DNA from: an uncultured delta proteobacterium
Lineage (GTDB): Bacteria; Myxococcota_A; Polyangia; Polyangiales; B10-G4
Length of the DNA stretch: 64,000 nucleotides
Reading direction: 5' to 3'
Assembly: GCA_963727445.1 (NCBI GenBank)
Contig: CAVSGI010000013.1
Location: 17,316-81,315, forward strand
Position 1 is the stretch's first letter, and each line of letters begins with the position of its first letter. A model generated the notes under the pieces. It was not told where the DNA came from. It saw only the letters and a list, made by a program, of their open reading frames with translations, and did no database searches. A program made the translations under genes and the position numbers. Of this stretch, positions 36,091-46,792 are shown piece by piece.

Positions 36091-36984
36091 CTATCTGTAC
36101 GTGAAGCGGAGCTCGTAGTCGCAGATCTGGAAGACGTCGCCCTCTTCGATCTGCTTGTTGTCGATGCGCTGTCCTGCGAACTCGATCCCGTTGGTCGAGC
36201 CGAGGTCCTTCACGTAGAAGCGCCCGTTGTCGAAGACGATGGCCGCGTGCCGGCGCGAGATGTTGCCGTCCTTGATCGGCAGGTCGGCGGTCTTGCTGCC
36301 GCGTCCGATGACGAACTCGTTCTTGGTGATCGGGATCTTCTGTCCGTTGAAGATCACGAAGAGCGGGGGCATCCCGCCACCGGCACGCCCACCACCGGGA
36401 AGGGGCGGAGGCGCGCTGTACGCCGGAGGTCGATTGGTCTGCGGGGGCGGATAGCTCGAGCGCGGCGAAGGACGCGGCGGAGGCGGGGCAGGATAACCAC
36501 CCTGCGGTTGTTGGCCGTAGCCACCCTGCTGCTGGCCGTATCCACCCTGCTGCTGGCCGTAGCCGCCGCCACCAGCACCGTATCCGCCGCCGCTCTGCTG
36601 GTAGCCGGCTGGTTGCTGGCCGTAGCCACCCTGCTGCTGGCCGTAGCCGGCGCCACCGGCGCCACCATACCCGCTCGATGGCTGCTGGCCGTACCCCGGC
36701 TGACTGTAGCCGCCACCGCCACGCGGGGGAGGGGGAGGCGCGGAAGGGATGGCGGGTCGGCTGGAACCGAGACTCGGAATCTGGCCCTGCGAGCCGCCGC
36801 GCACCCCCGGGACGGAGGGCGAGCGCGTCCCATAGTTGCGGGACCGGGCGTACTGCCTCATCGCCTCGTTGATCAAGTAGTCAGTCGAGCATTCGAGCTC
36901 TTGGCTCATCTGCTCGAAGATCTCCCAGAGATAGTCCCGGCACTGGAAGTGCCGGAGGGTCTTCTTGTTCTGGTCGTGCGTCAT
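36091..36984 (-). CDS. FHA-domain protein with a Gly/Gln/Tyr-rich low-complexity linker
   Basis: C-terminal FHA 'FVIGRGSKTADLPIKDGNISRRHAAIVFDNGRFYVKDLGSTNGIEFAG'. (GYGQQ)n central region. Compact N-terminal domain. Confidence 0.75.
   Translation of the reverse strand: MTHDQNKKTLRHFQCRDYLWEIFEQMSQELECSTDYLINEAMRQYARSRNYGTRSPSVPGVRGGSQGQIPSLGSSRPAIPSAPPPPPRGGGGYSQPGYGQQPSSGYGGAGGAGYGQQQGGYGQQPAGYQQSGGGYGAGGGGYGQQQGGYGQQQGGYGQQPQGGYPAPPPPRPSPRSSYPPPQTNRPPAYSAPPPLPGGGRAGGGMPPLFVIFNGQKIPITKNEFVIGRGSKTADLPIKDGNISRRHAAIVFDNGRFYVKDLGSTNGIEFAGQRIDNKQIEEGDVFQICDYELRFTYR
36480..36720. repeat. Coding tandem repeats (ctgctggccgtagccaccctg-type) for the GYGQQ-rich linker
   Basis: Direct repeats are visible in the DNA at 36520-36660. 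Confidence 0.6.
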
Positions 36985-37005
36985 CGAGGGGGAGTCCCGC
37001 CCATT

Positions 37006-38577
37006 CTACTCCGAGCCGTCGTTTTCTGCTGACTGTTCCGCATTTTCCGCGTCGGCACCGCCGGAAAGCCGCTCATTGAGGCCCTCGATGGCAGCCTCCG
37101 CCACATCTCCGACCTTGGCCTGCTCCAGCTCCTCCCAGGCATCGCCCACCACGGGCGCCGTGTCTCGCACGAGGCGACGCATCGCTCGAACGTCGCTCTC
37201 GGTCCCCTTGCGCTCGAAGTAGCGCAGCGCGATGACGCGGTCGAACCAATGCGGCGAGCTCAGCTGCGCCCGCACGATCCGAGTCGGCGGCGGGTTCATC
37301 TGGCTCATGCGGGTCGCGTAGCCCTCCAGCTCCTCGGGCTCGTACTTCACGCCGTCCTGGCTCGGGAGCTTGGCGAAGAACTCGCCCACGACCTCGGGTC
37401 CACCGATCTGCAGGACCATCTCGGCGGCGCGCCAACGGATGCGCTGGTTGTCGTCCGAGCCGTCCTCCACCAGCGGCCACATCCGCGGGATGGCCCGCTG
37501 GCTGCGAATGTCTCCCACGCGGTCGAAGGCGTAGTCGCGAACGCCGATCGGCGAATCCGCGTTGAGCGCCAGCGCCAGAAGGCGGTCGAGCTGCGCCTCG
37601 GTGGCGTTGCCCTCGAGGGCCTGGAGCGCACGCTGGCGCCGCTCCGCCATCGGCCCCGTCTTGTCCGAGTGCATCGAGGCGATCTCGAGGAGTCGCTCGC
37701 GCACCACGTCCTCGGAGGCGAGGTTCTTCATCGCGGGAAGCGCGCCGTCGTTGATGAAGTTCTCCCGGTTCAGATTGGCGACCGCGGTCACCCGGGCCTG
37801 GTCGACCTCGGCGTTGGGATCTTGCTGGTGAATGGCGTCGACGACCTTGCCCTTGAGCCACTCGAGGAACTCGTCGCCCTCCATGTGCCGCTCGATCTCG
37901 ACCATCGCCGCGGCCGCCCGCTGCTTGGTCTCTTCGTCACCGAGCTGCGAGATCAGCTCGGTGAGCTTGATCAAGGCCGGCTGCGGCATCTGCGGATTGA
38001 GGGCGTCGACGAGCATGCCCGCCGCCTGCGTTCCGAGGGAACGAATGATCTGCTCGGCGCTGTAATTGCCGGCGAGGTTGCGACCGTTGAAGTCGGCGAC
38101 GTACCAACCGACCACGGCGTTGACGAGCCGCTCGCGGCTCTGCCCCTCCGCGCTGGCGATGAGGAGATAGCTCGCGTCCTTGGCGCGCACCTGCAAGTCG
38201 GGAGGGCCACCCCCGCCGCCGTCTGCCTCGGCGGTGTCGCCTCCCCGCATCAGCTCCTCGAGCTTGGGGACCATCCCGTCGATGATCTGACGCTTGGTGT
38301 CGTCGTCGAGTTGGCTGATCGCTTCCTGGAGCTCGGCGATCCCGTCGACCGGCTCCGGCGACTGGCGCGGTTCCATCTCGACCAGGGCCACCGCAGCCTG
38401 GGTACGGAGCTCCATTGGATAGCTGTCGCTCAAGAGGACAGCTTTGATCTTCCCTGGGCCCTTGACGGTGCCTTTCCAGGTTTCGATGTCGTCGGCGGTG
38501 ACCTTACAGCCCAGGGCGGCGAGGGCGGTGAGGGCACAGGCGACGAGGACGTGGATGCGCGTCGGACGAGGTCGCAT
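37006..38577 (-). CDS. Lipoprotein with HEAT/armadillo-like helical repeats
   Basis: Internal start MRPRPTRIHVLVACALTALAALGCKV at 38577. The remainder is helical and repeat-like, of unknown function. Confidence 0.55.
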   Translation of the reverse strand: MRPRPTRIHVLVACALTALAALGCKVTADDIETWKGTVKGPGKIKAVLLSDSYPMELRTQAAVALVEMEPRQSPEPVDGIAELQEAISQLDDDTKRQIIDGMVPKLEELMRGGDTAEADGGGGGPPDLQVRAKDASYLLIASAEGQSRERLVNAVVGWYVADFNGRNLAGNYSAEQIIRSLGTQAAGMLVDALNPQMPQPALIKLTELISQLGDEETKQRAAAAMVEIERHMEGDEFLEWLKGKVVDAIHQQDPNAEVDQARVTAVANLNRENFINDGALPAMKNLASEDVVRERLLEIASMHSDKTGPMAERRQRALQALEGNATEAQLDRLLALALNADSPIGVRDYAFDRVGDIRSQRAIPRMWPLVEDGSDDNQRIRWRAAEMVLQIGGPEVVGEFFAKLPSQDGVKYEPEELEGYATRMSQMNPPPTRIVRAQLSSPHWFDRVIALRYFERKGTESDVRAMRRLVRDTAPVVGDAWEELEQAKVGDVAEAAIEGLNERLSGGADAENAEQSAENDGSE

Positions 38578-38633
38578 GGCTCTTGCTCGGGTCGGGAAAA
38601 TGACCGGCGCGATGATAGAGGATCGCGGGGGGC

Positions 38634-41282
38634 ATGCAAAGGAGTGATATCTCGGGTCATTCCGCTTTTTTGACCCCTTCCGAGAGCGTCCCCTATGGTC
38701 TGTCGGGACCAACGCCTTTGGCCTCGCAGAGCACCACATCCCCTGGAGAAATTGCCGCCCCCGAGGGCCGCCGGCACGAGGTGCTGGGGATCCTGAGCGG
38801 CGCCGCCACCATCCTGGTGGGGCTGGCCTTGTGGTCTTACGACGCCCGGGGCACCGAGAACTGGATCGGGCCGGTGGGCAGCGGCCTGGCCGGGGTGATC
38901 GTCGCTGCCTTCGGCGTCGCCGCCTGGGTGATCCCGGTCGAGCTCGGCCTGGCGACCGTCCGTCTCTTCAGCCGGGGCCGCACCATCCTGGGCCTCGCCA
39001 CCGTCGCCTCGACGCTGGTGATCGTGCTGGTGGGTTGCGCGATGCTCCACCTCTTCCTCGAAGGGCAGACCGTCTATGGGGGCCACCTCGCGGGAGGAAT
39101 CCTGGGCGAAGTGCTGGGCGAGGTGCTGCGCTCGCTCCTCGGGCTGGCGGGGGCCTACGTGGTCGGCGTCGCCATCCTGCTCGTGACCTTCGTGCTCCGG
39201 ACGCCGGTGTCGCTCACCGAGGTGGCGCTCCGCGGGGCTGCGGGGACGCGGGCCTTTGCCGACAAGACCATCGAAGGGGCGCGGGCGCTCTGGGACGCAT
39301 GGCGCGAGGCGAAGGAGCTCGAGCGCGCCGAACGCGAGGCGAACGCGCCGAAGATCATCGCCGACGACGAGGACGAAGAGGAGTACGACGAGGGGTACGA
39401 AGAGGAAGACGGCGAGGCGATCTTCGTCGGGGACGAGGCGGAGTCGACGCTGATCGAGGCGCCGGCGAAGACGAAGAAGCGAAAGAAGAAGAGCGCCAAG
39501 GCGGAGCCTGCGGCCGAGGAAGAAGAAGAAGAGGACGAGGACGAGGACGAGGGCCAGGACGAGGACGCGGCCACGTCCGCGAAGGCCGCGAAGTCCGCGA
39601 AGAAGGCGCGCAAGAAGAAGGGCGACGATGGGCCTCGGATCGTCGCGCCGGTGGACAAGCCCCGTCCCGCGGCGGCTGAGCCGAAGTCGATCGAGGACGA
39701 AGCGGTGATGGTGCCGAGCCTGGACCGCCCCTTCGTGCTGCCGCCGACGACGCTGCTCGACGCGCCGCCGCCGCAGGACGACGTGCGCATCGACTCGGAC
39801 ACGCTGCGCGAAAACGCCGCGCGGCTGGTGGAGAAGCTCGAGGCCTATGGCGTGAAGGGCCGGGTCGACGAGATCCACCCTGGTCCGGTGGTCACGATGT
39901 ACGAGTTCGAGCCGCAGAGCGGGACCAAGATCTCCAAGATCGCGGGGCTGGCCGACGACCTGGCGATGGCGCTGGCCGCCCACAAGGTCCGCATCGTGGC
40001 GCCGATCCCGGGCAAGGCGCGGGTCGGCTTCGAGCTGCCGAACGAGCACGCGTCAGACGGTGCATCCTGCGCGAGATCCTCGAGGACGATCGCTGGGACA
40101 AGTTCCAGAAGGCGCACCTGCCGATGGCCCTCGGCAAGGACATCGCGGGTCAGCCGGTCTACGGCGACCTGGCGAAGATGCCGCACCTGCTGGTGGCGGG
40201 CGCGACCGGCGCCGGCAAGAGCGTCGGCCTCAACGTGATGCTCGGCGTCGCTCCTCGCGAAGCGGACGCCCGAGGAGTGCGGCTGCTGATGATCGACCCG
40301 AAGGTGGTCGAGCTCGCGGTCTTCGACGGCATCCCGCACATGCTGCTGCCGGTCGTCACCGACATGAAGAAGGCGGCGCTCGCGCTGCGCTGGGCGGTGG
40401 ACGAGATGGAGCGCCGCTACCAGCTCTTCGCCGACGCAGGGGCGCGCAACATCACCAGCTACAACCAACGCGTGCGAGAAGGTGCTCGACGGCGAGATGC
40501 GCGCCGGAGAAGCTCTGCAGCGGAGCCGCGTCGGCAAGGTGCAGCGCGCAGGGGACGAACGGCGAGGAGGTGCTCCTCGATCCGACCGACGGCGAAGCGC
40601 CGGACGCCGTCGATCCGAACCCCGACAAGCTGCCCTTACGTGGTGGTGGTGGTCGACGAGTTCGCGGACCTGATGATGGTCGCGGCGAAGGACGTCGAGG
40701 CGGCGATCGCGCGCCTCGCCCAGAAGGCGCGCGCGGCGGGCATCCACGTGATCCTGGCGACGCAGCGCCCGAGCGTCGACGTCATCACCGGCATGATCAA
40801 GGCGAACTTCCCGGCGCGCATCGCCTTCAAGGTCTCCAGCGCGAGGACAGCAAGACCATCCTCGGGCGCAACGGCGCCGAGCACCTGCTCGGGATGGGCG
40901 ACATGCTCATGATTCCCGCCGGGCTCGAGCGATCTGAAGCGCGTGCACAGCGCGTTCATCAGCGAGGACGAGGTCCGCAAGGTCTGCGACTTCCTGCGCG
41001 AGCAGGGGCAGCCGGTCTACGACGACGGACATCCTCAAGCCGCGCGATGACGACGACGCCGCACTGCCCGGCGGCCAGAAGAGCGACGACCCGCTCTACG
41101 ACAAGGCCGTCGCCGTGCGTGGCGCAGGCGGGCTACTGCTCGATCAGCCACATCCAGCGCCAGCTCTCGTCGGCTACAACAAGGCCGCCAAGCTCGTCGA
41201 GCGCATGGAGAAGGAGGGCGTCGTCGGGCCGCCCACCAGCAAGGCCGGCGGGCGCCGCGAAGTGTTGATTCAGCCGATCTGA
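38634..41282 (+). pseudogene. ftsK: DNA translocase FtsK/SpoIIIE disrupted by about 8-10 frameshifts
   Basis: N-terminal TM region and acidic linker are intact (38634-~40040). Motor-domain pieces are scattered over all three frames: '[58 protein letters not shown]', '[19 protein letters not shown]', '[68 protein letters not shown]', '[26 protein letters not shown]', 'LKRVHSAFISEDEVRKVCDFLREQGQPVYDDG', 'PLYDKAVAV..AQAGYCSISHIQRQLS', 'VGYNKAAKLVERMEKEGVVGPP...REVLIQPI*'. Confidence 0.7.
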
Positions 41283-41292
41283 ATCGGGCGCT

Positions 41293-42573
41293 CTACCAGC
41301 GGCACGAGCCGCTGCTGCAGTGTTGACCGATGTAGCAGCCGTGTCCGCAGCTCCCGCAGTTGCTCCAGCTCGAGCTCAGGTCCGCACAGTATCGCCCGCG
41401 GTATCGGCTCGTACACTCGGTCTCACCCGGGGCGCATGCGCAGGAACCGTCGATGCAATCGTAGGTCCCGCCGCAGCGCAGCTCGCAACCACCGCAGTTG
41501 TAGCGGTTGGTGTTCGTGTCGACGCAAGACCCGGAGCAGAGGGTCCTGTCGCCGCAGTCGACGGTGCAGGAGCCGTCGAGGCAGACCTGCATCATGGACA
41601 TGTCGCACGCGTTGCCGCACGAGCCGCAATGGCTGGCGTCGGCGAGAGGATCGATGCAAGCGCCGTCACAGAACATCTCCCCCGCATTGCACTGACACGA
41701 CCCGCCCACGCAGGTCTGCCCCCCCGTGCACGCGACACCGCACGAGCCACAGTTCGCGTCGTCGGTCATGGTGTCGACGCAGCTGGACCCGCACGCGGTC
41801 GACCCCATCGGACAGTCGAGCATGCACGTCCCCGTGCTGCACAGCTCCCCCGTCCCGCATGGCGTTCCGCAGTCGCCGCAGTGGGCGGCGCTGCTCTGGA
41901 TGTCGACGCATCCATCCGGCGCGCACTCCACCATGTCACCGGGACAGACGCAGGTGCCGAGGTTGCACTCCTGACCCGATGGACATGCGTTGTCGCACGA
42001 CCCGCAGTGCGCGGCGTTCGTCTGAAGATCCACACAGGAGCCGCTGCAATTGTCGAGGCCGGTGCTGCACTCCGCCGTGCAGCTGCCGCTGGCGCAGACC
42101 TCGGTCGCCATGCATTCGACGCGGCACGCGCCACAGTGGTTCGGGTTCGACGAAAGGGCCACGCACGCGCCGGCGCACTCGGCGAGGCCGGGCGGGCAGA
42201 CGCAGGCTCCGTCGGAGCAGCTCTGGTCCGAGCGACAGGCCTGGCGGCAGGCGCCGCAGTTGGCGCTGTCACTGCTCACGTCCACGCACTCGCCCTCGCC
42301 GCAGACGGTGAGGCTGGCGGAGCAGCCGACGGCGCAGAGACCGAGATCGCACACCTCCCCGGTCGAGCACTCGACGCCGCAACTTCCGCAGTTCTGGCGA
42401 TTGGTGCGGGTGTTGACGCAGACGCCGTCGCAAGAGGTCTGGCCCGCGGCGCAGCCCGAAGTGCCGCCGTCCGGGCTAGTCGAGCTCGGCGCGAGCGCGC
42501 TCTTGTCGACGCTGCAGCCGATGGCGGCCCAGATCAGCGCGGAAACTGCGAGGGAACGAAGAAAGCGAGGCAC
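41293..42573 (-). CDS. Lipoprotein made of about 10 tandem myxobacterial Cys-rich repeats
   Basis: Lipobox MPRFLRSLAVSALIWAAIGCS. Repeating 'C..G.CV(D/N).{2,4}(D/N)..(N/H)CG(A/S)CG..C' units throughout. Confidence 0.75.
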   Translation of the reverse strand: MPRFLRSLAVSALIWAAIGCSVDKSALAPSSTSPDGGTSGCAAGQTSCDGVCVNTRTNRQNCGSCGVECSTGEVCDLGLCAVGCSASLTVCGEGECVDVSSDSANCGACRQACRSDQSCSDGACVCPPGLAECAGACVALSSNPNHCGACRVECMATEVCASGSCTAECSTGLDNCSGSCVDLQTNAAHCGSCDNACPSGQECNLGTCVCPGDMVECAPDGCVDIQSSAAHCGDCGTPCGTGELCSTGTCMLDCPMGSTACGSSCVDTMTDDANCGSCGVACTGGQTCVGGSCQCNAGEMFCDGACIDPLADASHCGSCGNACDMSMMQVCLDGSCTVDCGDRTLCSGSCVDTNTNRYNCGGCELRCGGTYDCIDGSCACAPGETECTSRYRGRYCADLSSSWSNCGSCGHGCYIGQHCSSGSCRW

Positions 42574-42630
42574 TCATTGTGATTGTAGCGCAGATCAACG
42601 GTTGAACATCGGCCCGCCCTCGGGCGTCCT

Positions 42631-43404
42631 ATGCCCGTGCGTGTGCTGATCGCTCTCCTTCTCCTCCTTTGTCCTACATCTGCCTACGCCCAGGCCGACG
42701 AGGCGACCCTCACGGAAACCCGCGGGATCGAGACGCGGGTCGCGCGCGAGGTGGCTTGCATCGCGGAGAAACGCGAGGAGCTGTCGCGCATCGTCCGCCA
42801 GATGGAGGAGGCGCAGGCGCAGATGCGCAGCGGCCGTACCGAGCAAACGCGCGAAGCGGGGCGCCTCGCGCTCGAGTCGCTCACCCAGCGCGCGGTGCGC
42901 GTGGAGCGCACCATCCCCGAGTGCCGGAGCGAGCTGAGCGCGCGCGCGCGACGCCCCGGTCCGCCGGAAGGCGTCACCACCCGCACCGCTCCCCTCGCCC
43001 CCAGTGAAGCGGCCGTCGCCGAGCCCAACGAAGCGACGCGCGTCATCGAACGAAACGCCGTGCTCCAGCCGAACGTCGCGGTCGTCGTGGGCGAACAGGT
43101 GGACGGCACGGGACAGGTGGCCGCCGAAGAGGTCCGCGCTGCCGTTCGCGGCGCGGCTGCAAACTTCAGCCGCTGTTACGACCACCTCGTCGATCGGGGC
43201 GCGTTGACGCGCGGCCAGATCATCGTGACCTTCCGTGTCACCAGCTCGGGGCGCACCATCGGCGCACGCGCACACAACGGCACGATCGACGATCGGCGGT
43301 TCGTGAGCTGCATGTCCTCGGCCGCGCGCCGCATCCGCGTCCGAAGCCGCCCGAACGGGGGCGACGCCGTGTACAGCTATACGTTGCGCTTCCCCGGCCG
43401 CTGA
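42631..43404 (+). CDS. Secreted protein with a coiled-coil N-terminus and an AgmX/PglI-like (TonB-C-like) C-terminal domain
   Basis: Signal peptide MPVRVLIALLLLLCPTSAYAQA. C-terminus 'FSRCYDHLVDRGALTRGQIIVTFRVTSSGRTIGARAHNGTIDDRRFVSCMSSAARRIRV' is recalled as typical of myxobacterial AgmX/PglI C-terminal domains. Confidence 0.45.
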   Translation: MPVRVLIALLLLLCPTSAYAQADEATLTETRGIETRVAREVACIAEKREELSRIVRQMEEAQAQMRSGRTEQTREAGRLALESLTQRAVRVERTIPECRSELSARARRPGPPEGVTTRTAPLAPSEAAVAEPNEATRVIERNAVLQPNVAVVVGEQVDGTGQVAAEEVRAAVRGAAANFSRCYDHLVDRGALTRGQIIVTFRVTSSGRTIGARAHNGTIDDRRFVSCMSSAARRIRVRSRPNGGDAVYSYTLRFPGR

Positions 43405-43421
43405 TCCACTGTCCGCGACGC

Positions 43422-44743
43422 ATGCTGTCGCGCGACGAGATCCTGCACCTCGATCGGCGCCACGTCTGGCGTCCGTACACCTCGGCCGAGGATCACACCG
43501 AGCGCGACCCGTTCGTCGTCGTCGGGGCGGAGGGTCGCCTTCCTCGAGGACGCGGATGGGCGGCGCTACATCGACGCGAACAGCTCGTGGTGGGTGATGA
43601 ACCTCGGTCACCGCCACCCGCGTCTGGTCGCGCGGCTCAAGGCACAGGCCGATCGACTCTGTCACTGCGCCATGGGGACCATGACCAATCCGGAGGCCGT
43701 GCAGCTCGCGGCGGAGCTGGCTCAGGTGGCGCCCGAGGGCCTCGATCGCGTCTTCTTCAGCGACGACGGCTCCACCTCGGTCGAGGTCGCGCTGAAGATG
43801 GCGTTCCAATACTGGCGCCAGAACGATCGTCCCGAGCGGGTGCGCTTCGTCTCGCTGGCCGGCGCCTATCATGGCGACACCGTGGGTGTGATGAGCGTCG
43901 GCGACCTCGAGGCGTTCGCCGGCGTGTACCGACCGCTCTGCTTCGAGGTCTTCCGCGCGCCGCCCCTCGACGAAGAGGGCGGTTGGGATCGCGTCATCGC
44001 CGGCATCGAGAAGCTCCTCGCCGAGAGAAGCGACGAGATCGCGGGCGTGGTGGTCGAGCCGATCCTCCAGGGAGCCGCGGGGATGCGTGTGTGGGCGCCG
44101 GAGCTCCTCTCGCGCCTTCGCGAGGCCACACGGAAGGCGGACACGTTCCTCATCGCCGACGAGGTCTTCACCGGCTACGGGCGCACGGGGACGATGTGGG
44201 CCTGCGATCACGCCGGCATGCCCCGGACCTCTTGTGCGTGGCGAAGGGCTTTTCGGGCGGCGTCCTCCCCTTCGCGGCGACCCTGGCCACGCCGCGGATC
44301 TTCGATGGCTTTCGGGGCGGGGCGCGGGGCGCGCTTTGATGCATGGTCACACCTTCTGCGGCCATCCACTGGGCGCGGCTGTCGCGAGGGAAGTCCTCGC
44401 GATCTACCGCGAAGAGAAGATCCTCGAGCGGATGCGCACCGGAAGCGCGGCGATCTCGGAGGCGTTCCTCGCCATGGGCGAGATCGAAGGGACGTCACGC
44501 CCCCGCGCGCTCGGGATGATGGGCGCCATCGAGGTCGGGCCCCCCGGATATCACGGCGACATCGGCTGGCGCGTCTTCGAGGCGGCGCGACGGCGCGGCG
44601 TGTACCTCCGCCCGATCGGCAACACGGTGTACGTCGTGCCCCCGCTGAACGTCAATCAGCCCGTACTTTCGAATCTTCTCGACGCCGTCCGGGAGTCGGT
44701 CGCCGAGGCGCTCGGCGGTGCTCGACACGGCGGGGCTCCATGA
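43422..44743 (+). pseudogene. bioA: Adenosylmethionine-8-amino-7-oxononanoate aminotransferase (BioA) with about 4 frameshifts
   Basis: Fragments over three frames: 'HVWRPYTSAEDHTERDPFVVVGAEG' | 'VAFLEDADGRRYIDANSSWWVMNLGHRHPRLVARLKAQADRL...SDDGSTSVEVALKMAFQYW...VVEPILQGAAGMRVW...FLIADEVFTGYGRTGTMWACDHAGM' | 'PDLLCVAKGFSGGVLPFAATLATPRIF' | 'MHGHTFCGHPLGAAVAREVL...YLRPIGNTVYVVPPLNVNQ'. Class-III PLP aminotransferase signature. Confidence 0.7.
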
Positions 44744-45137
44744 TAGGCTCGCCTTCGTGGCGAAGCGCGTCCCGCTGATCCTCATCGTCGAGGACGACAC
44801 GGAGCTGTTGAAGATGCTCGGGCGGATGCTCTCGGAGCTCGCCGAGGTCGAGCTCGCGCGGGATGGCATGGAGGCCGTGGAGAAGCTGCGCACGGGCATC
44901 AACCCCGACCTGGTCATCACGGATCTGATGATGCCGCGCATGGACGGCCTCACCCTCGCCAAGCAGCTGAAGCAGGAGCCGCAGACCAAGAAGACGCCGG
45001 TCATCATGCTCACCGCGAAGAATGGCGCGCGAGACGTGGTCGCGGGAATCAACGCAGGGGCCCGCAGTTACATCACCAAGCCCTTCAAACACGAAGAGCT
45101 GTTGAGCAAAGTGCGCAGCGTCCTGAACCTCGAGTAG
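44718..45137 (+). CDS. Single-domain response regulator (CheY-like receiver)
   Basis: 'LILIVEDD', 'DLVITDLMMPRMDG', 'PVIMLTAKNG', 'SYITKPF'. Alternative GTG start at 44758 would avoid the overlap with bioA. Confidence 0.8.
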   Translation: MLDTAGLHDRLAFVAKRVPLILIVEDDTELLKMLGRMLSELAEVELARDGMEAVEKLRTGINPDLVITDLMMPRMDGLTLAKQLKQEPQTKKTPVIMLTAKNGARDVVAGINAGARSYITKPFKHEELLSKVRSVLNLE

Positions 45138-45157
45138 AACCTCGACCTGGGCATCCG

Positions 45158-46792
45158 GTGGGCTCGAGCGCCAAGAAGAGCAAGAAGTCGGGGAAGAAGA
45201 AGAAGGGCAAGCAGGCCGAAGCGCCCGCGGCCGAGGCGGTCTCCGCTTCTGCCCCCGCGATCTACAAGCCCCTCGGGTTGGCGATCTTCTCCGCCGTCAT
45301 CTCCTTTCTCGCCTTCCCGGGCTTCGACGTCTGGCCGCTGGCCTTCGTCTGTCTGGTGCCGCTCTTCTTCGCCCTCGACTGGACGCCGCGGCTCACGAAC
45401 AAGCAGGCGATCGTCTGCTCCATCGCGTTCGGCTTCACCGGTATGTGGGGCGGCTATTACTGGGTCGTCACCATGCTGCAGGACTTCAGCGGCTTTCCGC
45501 TGATCGTCTGCATCCTCTTCGCGAGCCTGTTGAACCTCGCGCAGGGCGGAATGCTCGCGCTCATGGCCTGGCTCTACTGGCGGCTTCGCGGGCGAGGCTG
45601 GTGGCCGATCCTCGCCGCCCCGGCGGCGCATGCGGCGAGCGAGCTCGTCTACCCGATGCTCTTCCCGTACTACTACGCGAACCACCTGCACGACCTGCCG
45701 ATCTTCATTCAGATCGCAGACCTGGGCGGACCGCTGCTGGTGACCGCTTTCGTCTCGGCCTTCAACGTCGGCATCTATCTGGTCCTGCGCTCGCTGGTGA
45801 AGAAGACGCCGATGCCGCGCGTCCAGCTGATGATCGCGGCAGGCGCGACGCTCTTCACCGTCGGTTACGGCGCGTATCGCATCCACGAGGTGGACGCGCG
45901 CGCGGCCGAGGCGCCGGCCATCACCATCGGGATGCCCCAGGTGTCGATGGGCATCTTCGAGAAGCGCGAGGACCCGTGGCGTGGGCTCGAGATGCACATC
46001 GAGATGAGCCGCGAGCTCGAGCGCGACGTGCACCCCGATCTGCTCGTGTGGCCGGAGTCGGCGTACACCTTCTTCCTGCCCGACGGCGCCACCAACGTGA
46101 AGGACATGGTGATGGGCCCGGTGCATACGCCGCTCCTCTTCGGCGGGCTGCAGCGGCGCCTCGTGGACGGTGTCGAGAAGCACTACAACACCGCGTTCAT
46201 CCTCGACGGCGACGGCGACATCGAGGGCACCTACGACAAGACCTACCTCCTCGCTTTCGGCGAATACCTGCCGCTCGGCGAGGAGTTCCCCATCTTCTAC
46301 GAGTGGTCGCCGCACAGCGGGCACTTCACGCCCGGCAATCACGTTCGGCCGCTGCCCTTCCGCGACTATCGGATCACCACGATGGTCTGTTACGAGGACA
46401 TCATCCCCGGCTTCGTTCGCCACGCGGTGAACGAGGCGAACCCGCACCTGTTGGTGAACATCACCAACGACGCGTGGTTCGGTGACACGACGGAGCCCTG
46501 GGAGCATCTCGCGCTGGCGAAGTTCCGCGCCGTCGAGCACCACCGCTACTTCGTGCGCAGCACCAACAGCGGCGTGAGCGCGATCATCGACCCCGTGGGC
46601 CGCGTGCTCGGCCACACCGGCGTCTTCACCGAGGAGACGCTGAGCGGCGAGGTGAAGATGATGACGAGCACCACGCTTTTCGAGTACCTCGGCAACTGGC
46701 CGGGTTGGCTCGGCCTCGCCGTGTGCATCTTCTGCGGCTGGATTCGGCGGCGTGAGCCGGCAGCTCAGGCGGGCGCGAGCTCAAAAGCCTGA
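45158..46792 (+). CDS. lnt: Apolipoprotein N-acyltransferase
   Basis: Multi-TM N-terminus followed by a CN-hydrolase domain ('LLVWPESA', 'YDKTYLLAFGEYLP', 'MVCYEDI' Glu-Lys-Cys triad context). Unusual Lys-rich N-terminal tail MGSSAKKSKKSGKKKKGKQ. Confidence 0.8.
   Translation: MGSSAKKSKKSGKKKKGKQAEAPAAEAVSASAPAIYKPLGLAIFSAVISFLAFPGFDVWPLAFVCLVPLFFALDWTPRLTNKQAIVCSIAFGFTGMWGGYYWVVTMLQDFSGFPLIVCILFASLLNLAQGGMLALMAWLYWRLRGRGWWPILAAPAAHAASELVYPMLFPYYYANHLHDLPIFIQIADLGGPLLVTAFVSAFNVGIYLVLRSLVKKTPMPRVQLMIAAGATLFTVGYGAYRIHEVDARAAEAPAITIGMPQVSMGIFEKREDPWRGLEMHIEMSRELERDVHPDLLVWPESAYTFFLPDGATNVKDMVMGPVHTPLLFGGLQRRLVDGVEKHYNTAFILDGDGDIEGTYDKTYLLAFGEYLPLGEEFPIFYEWSPHSGHFTPGNHVRPLPFRDYRITTMVCYEDIIPGFVRHAVNEANPHLLVNITNDAWFGDTTEPWEHLALAKFRAVEHHRYFVRSTNSGVSAIIDPVGRVLGHTGVFTEETLSGEVKMMTSTTLFEYLGNWPGWLGLAVCIFCGWIRRREPAAQAGASSKA

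Noticed and set aside
38634-41282. Interpreting the ftsK breaks as programmed frameshifting or as three separate genes
   Set aside because: There are too many breaks (about 8-10), they are irregularly spaced, and they cut through contiguous conserved motifs of a single motor domain. Sequence error or a pseudogene is a far simpler explanation.
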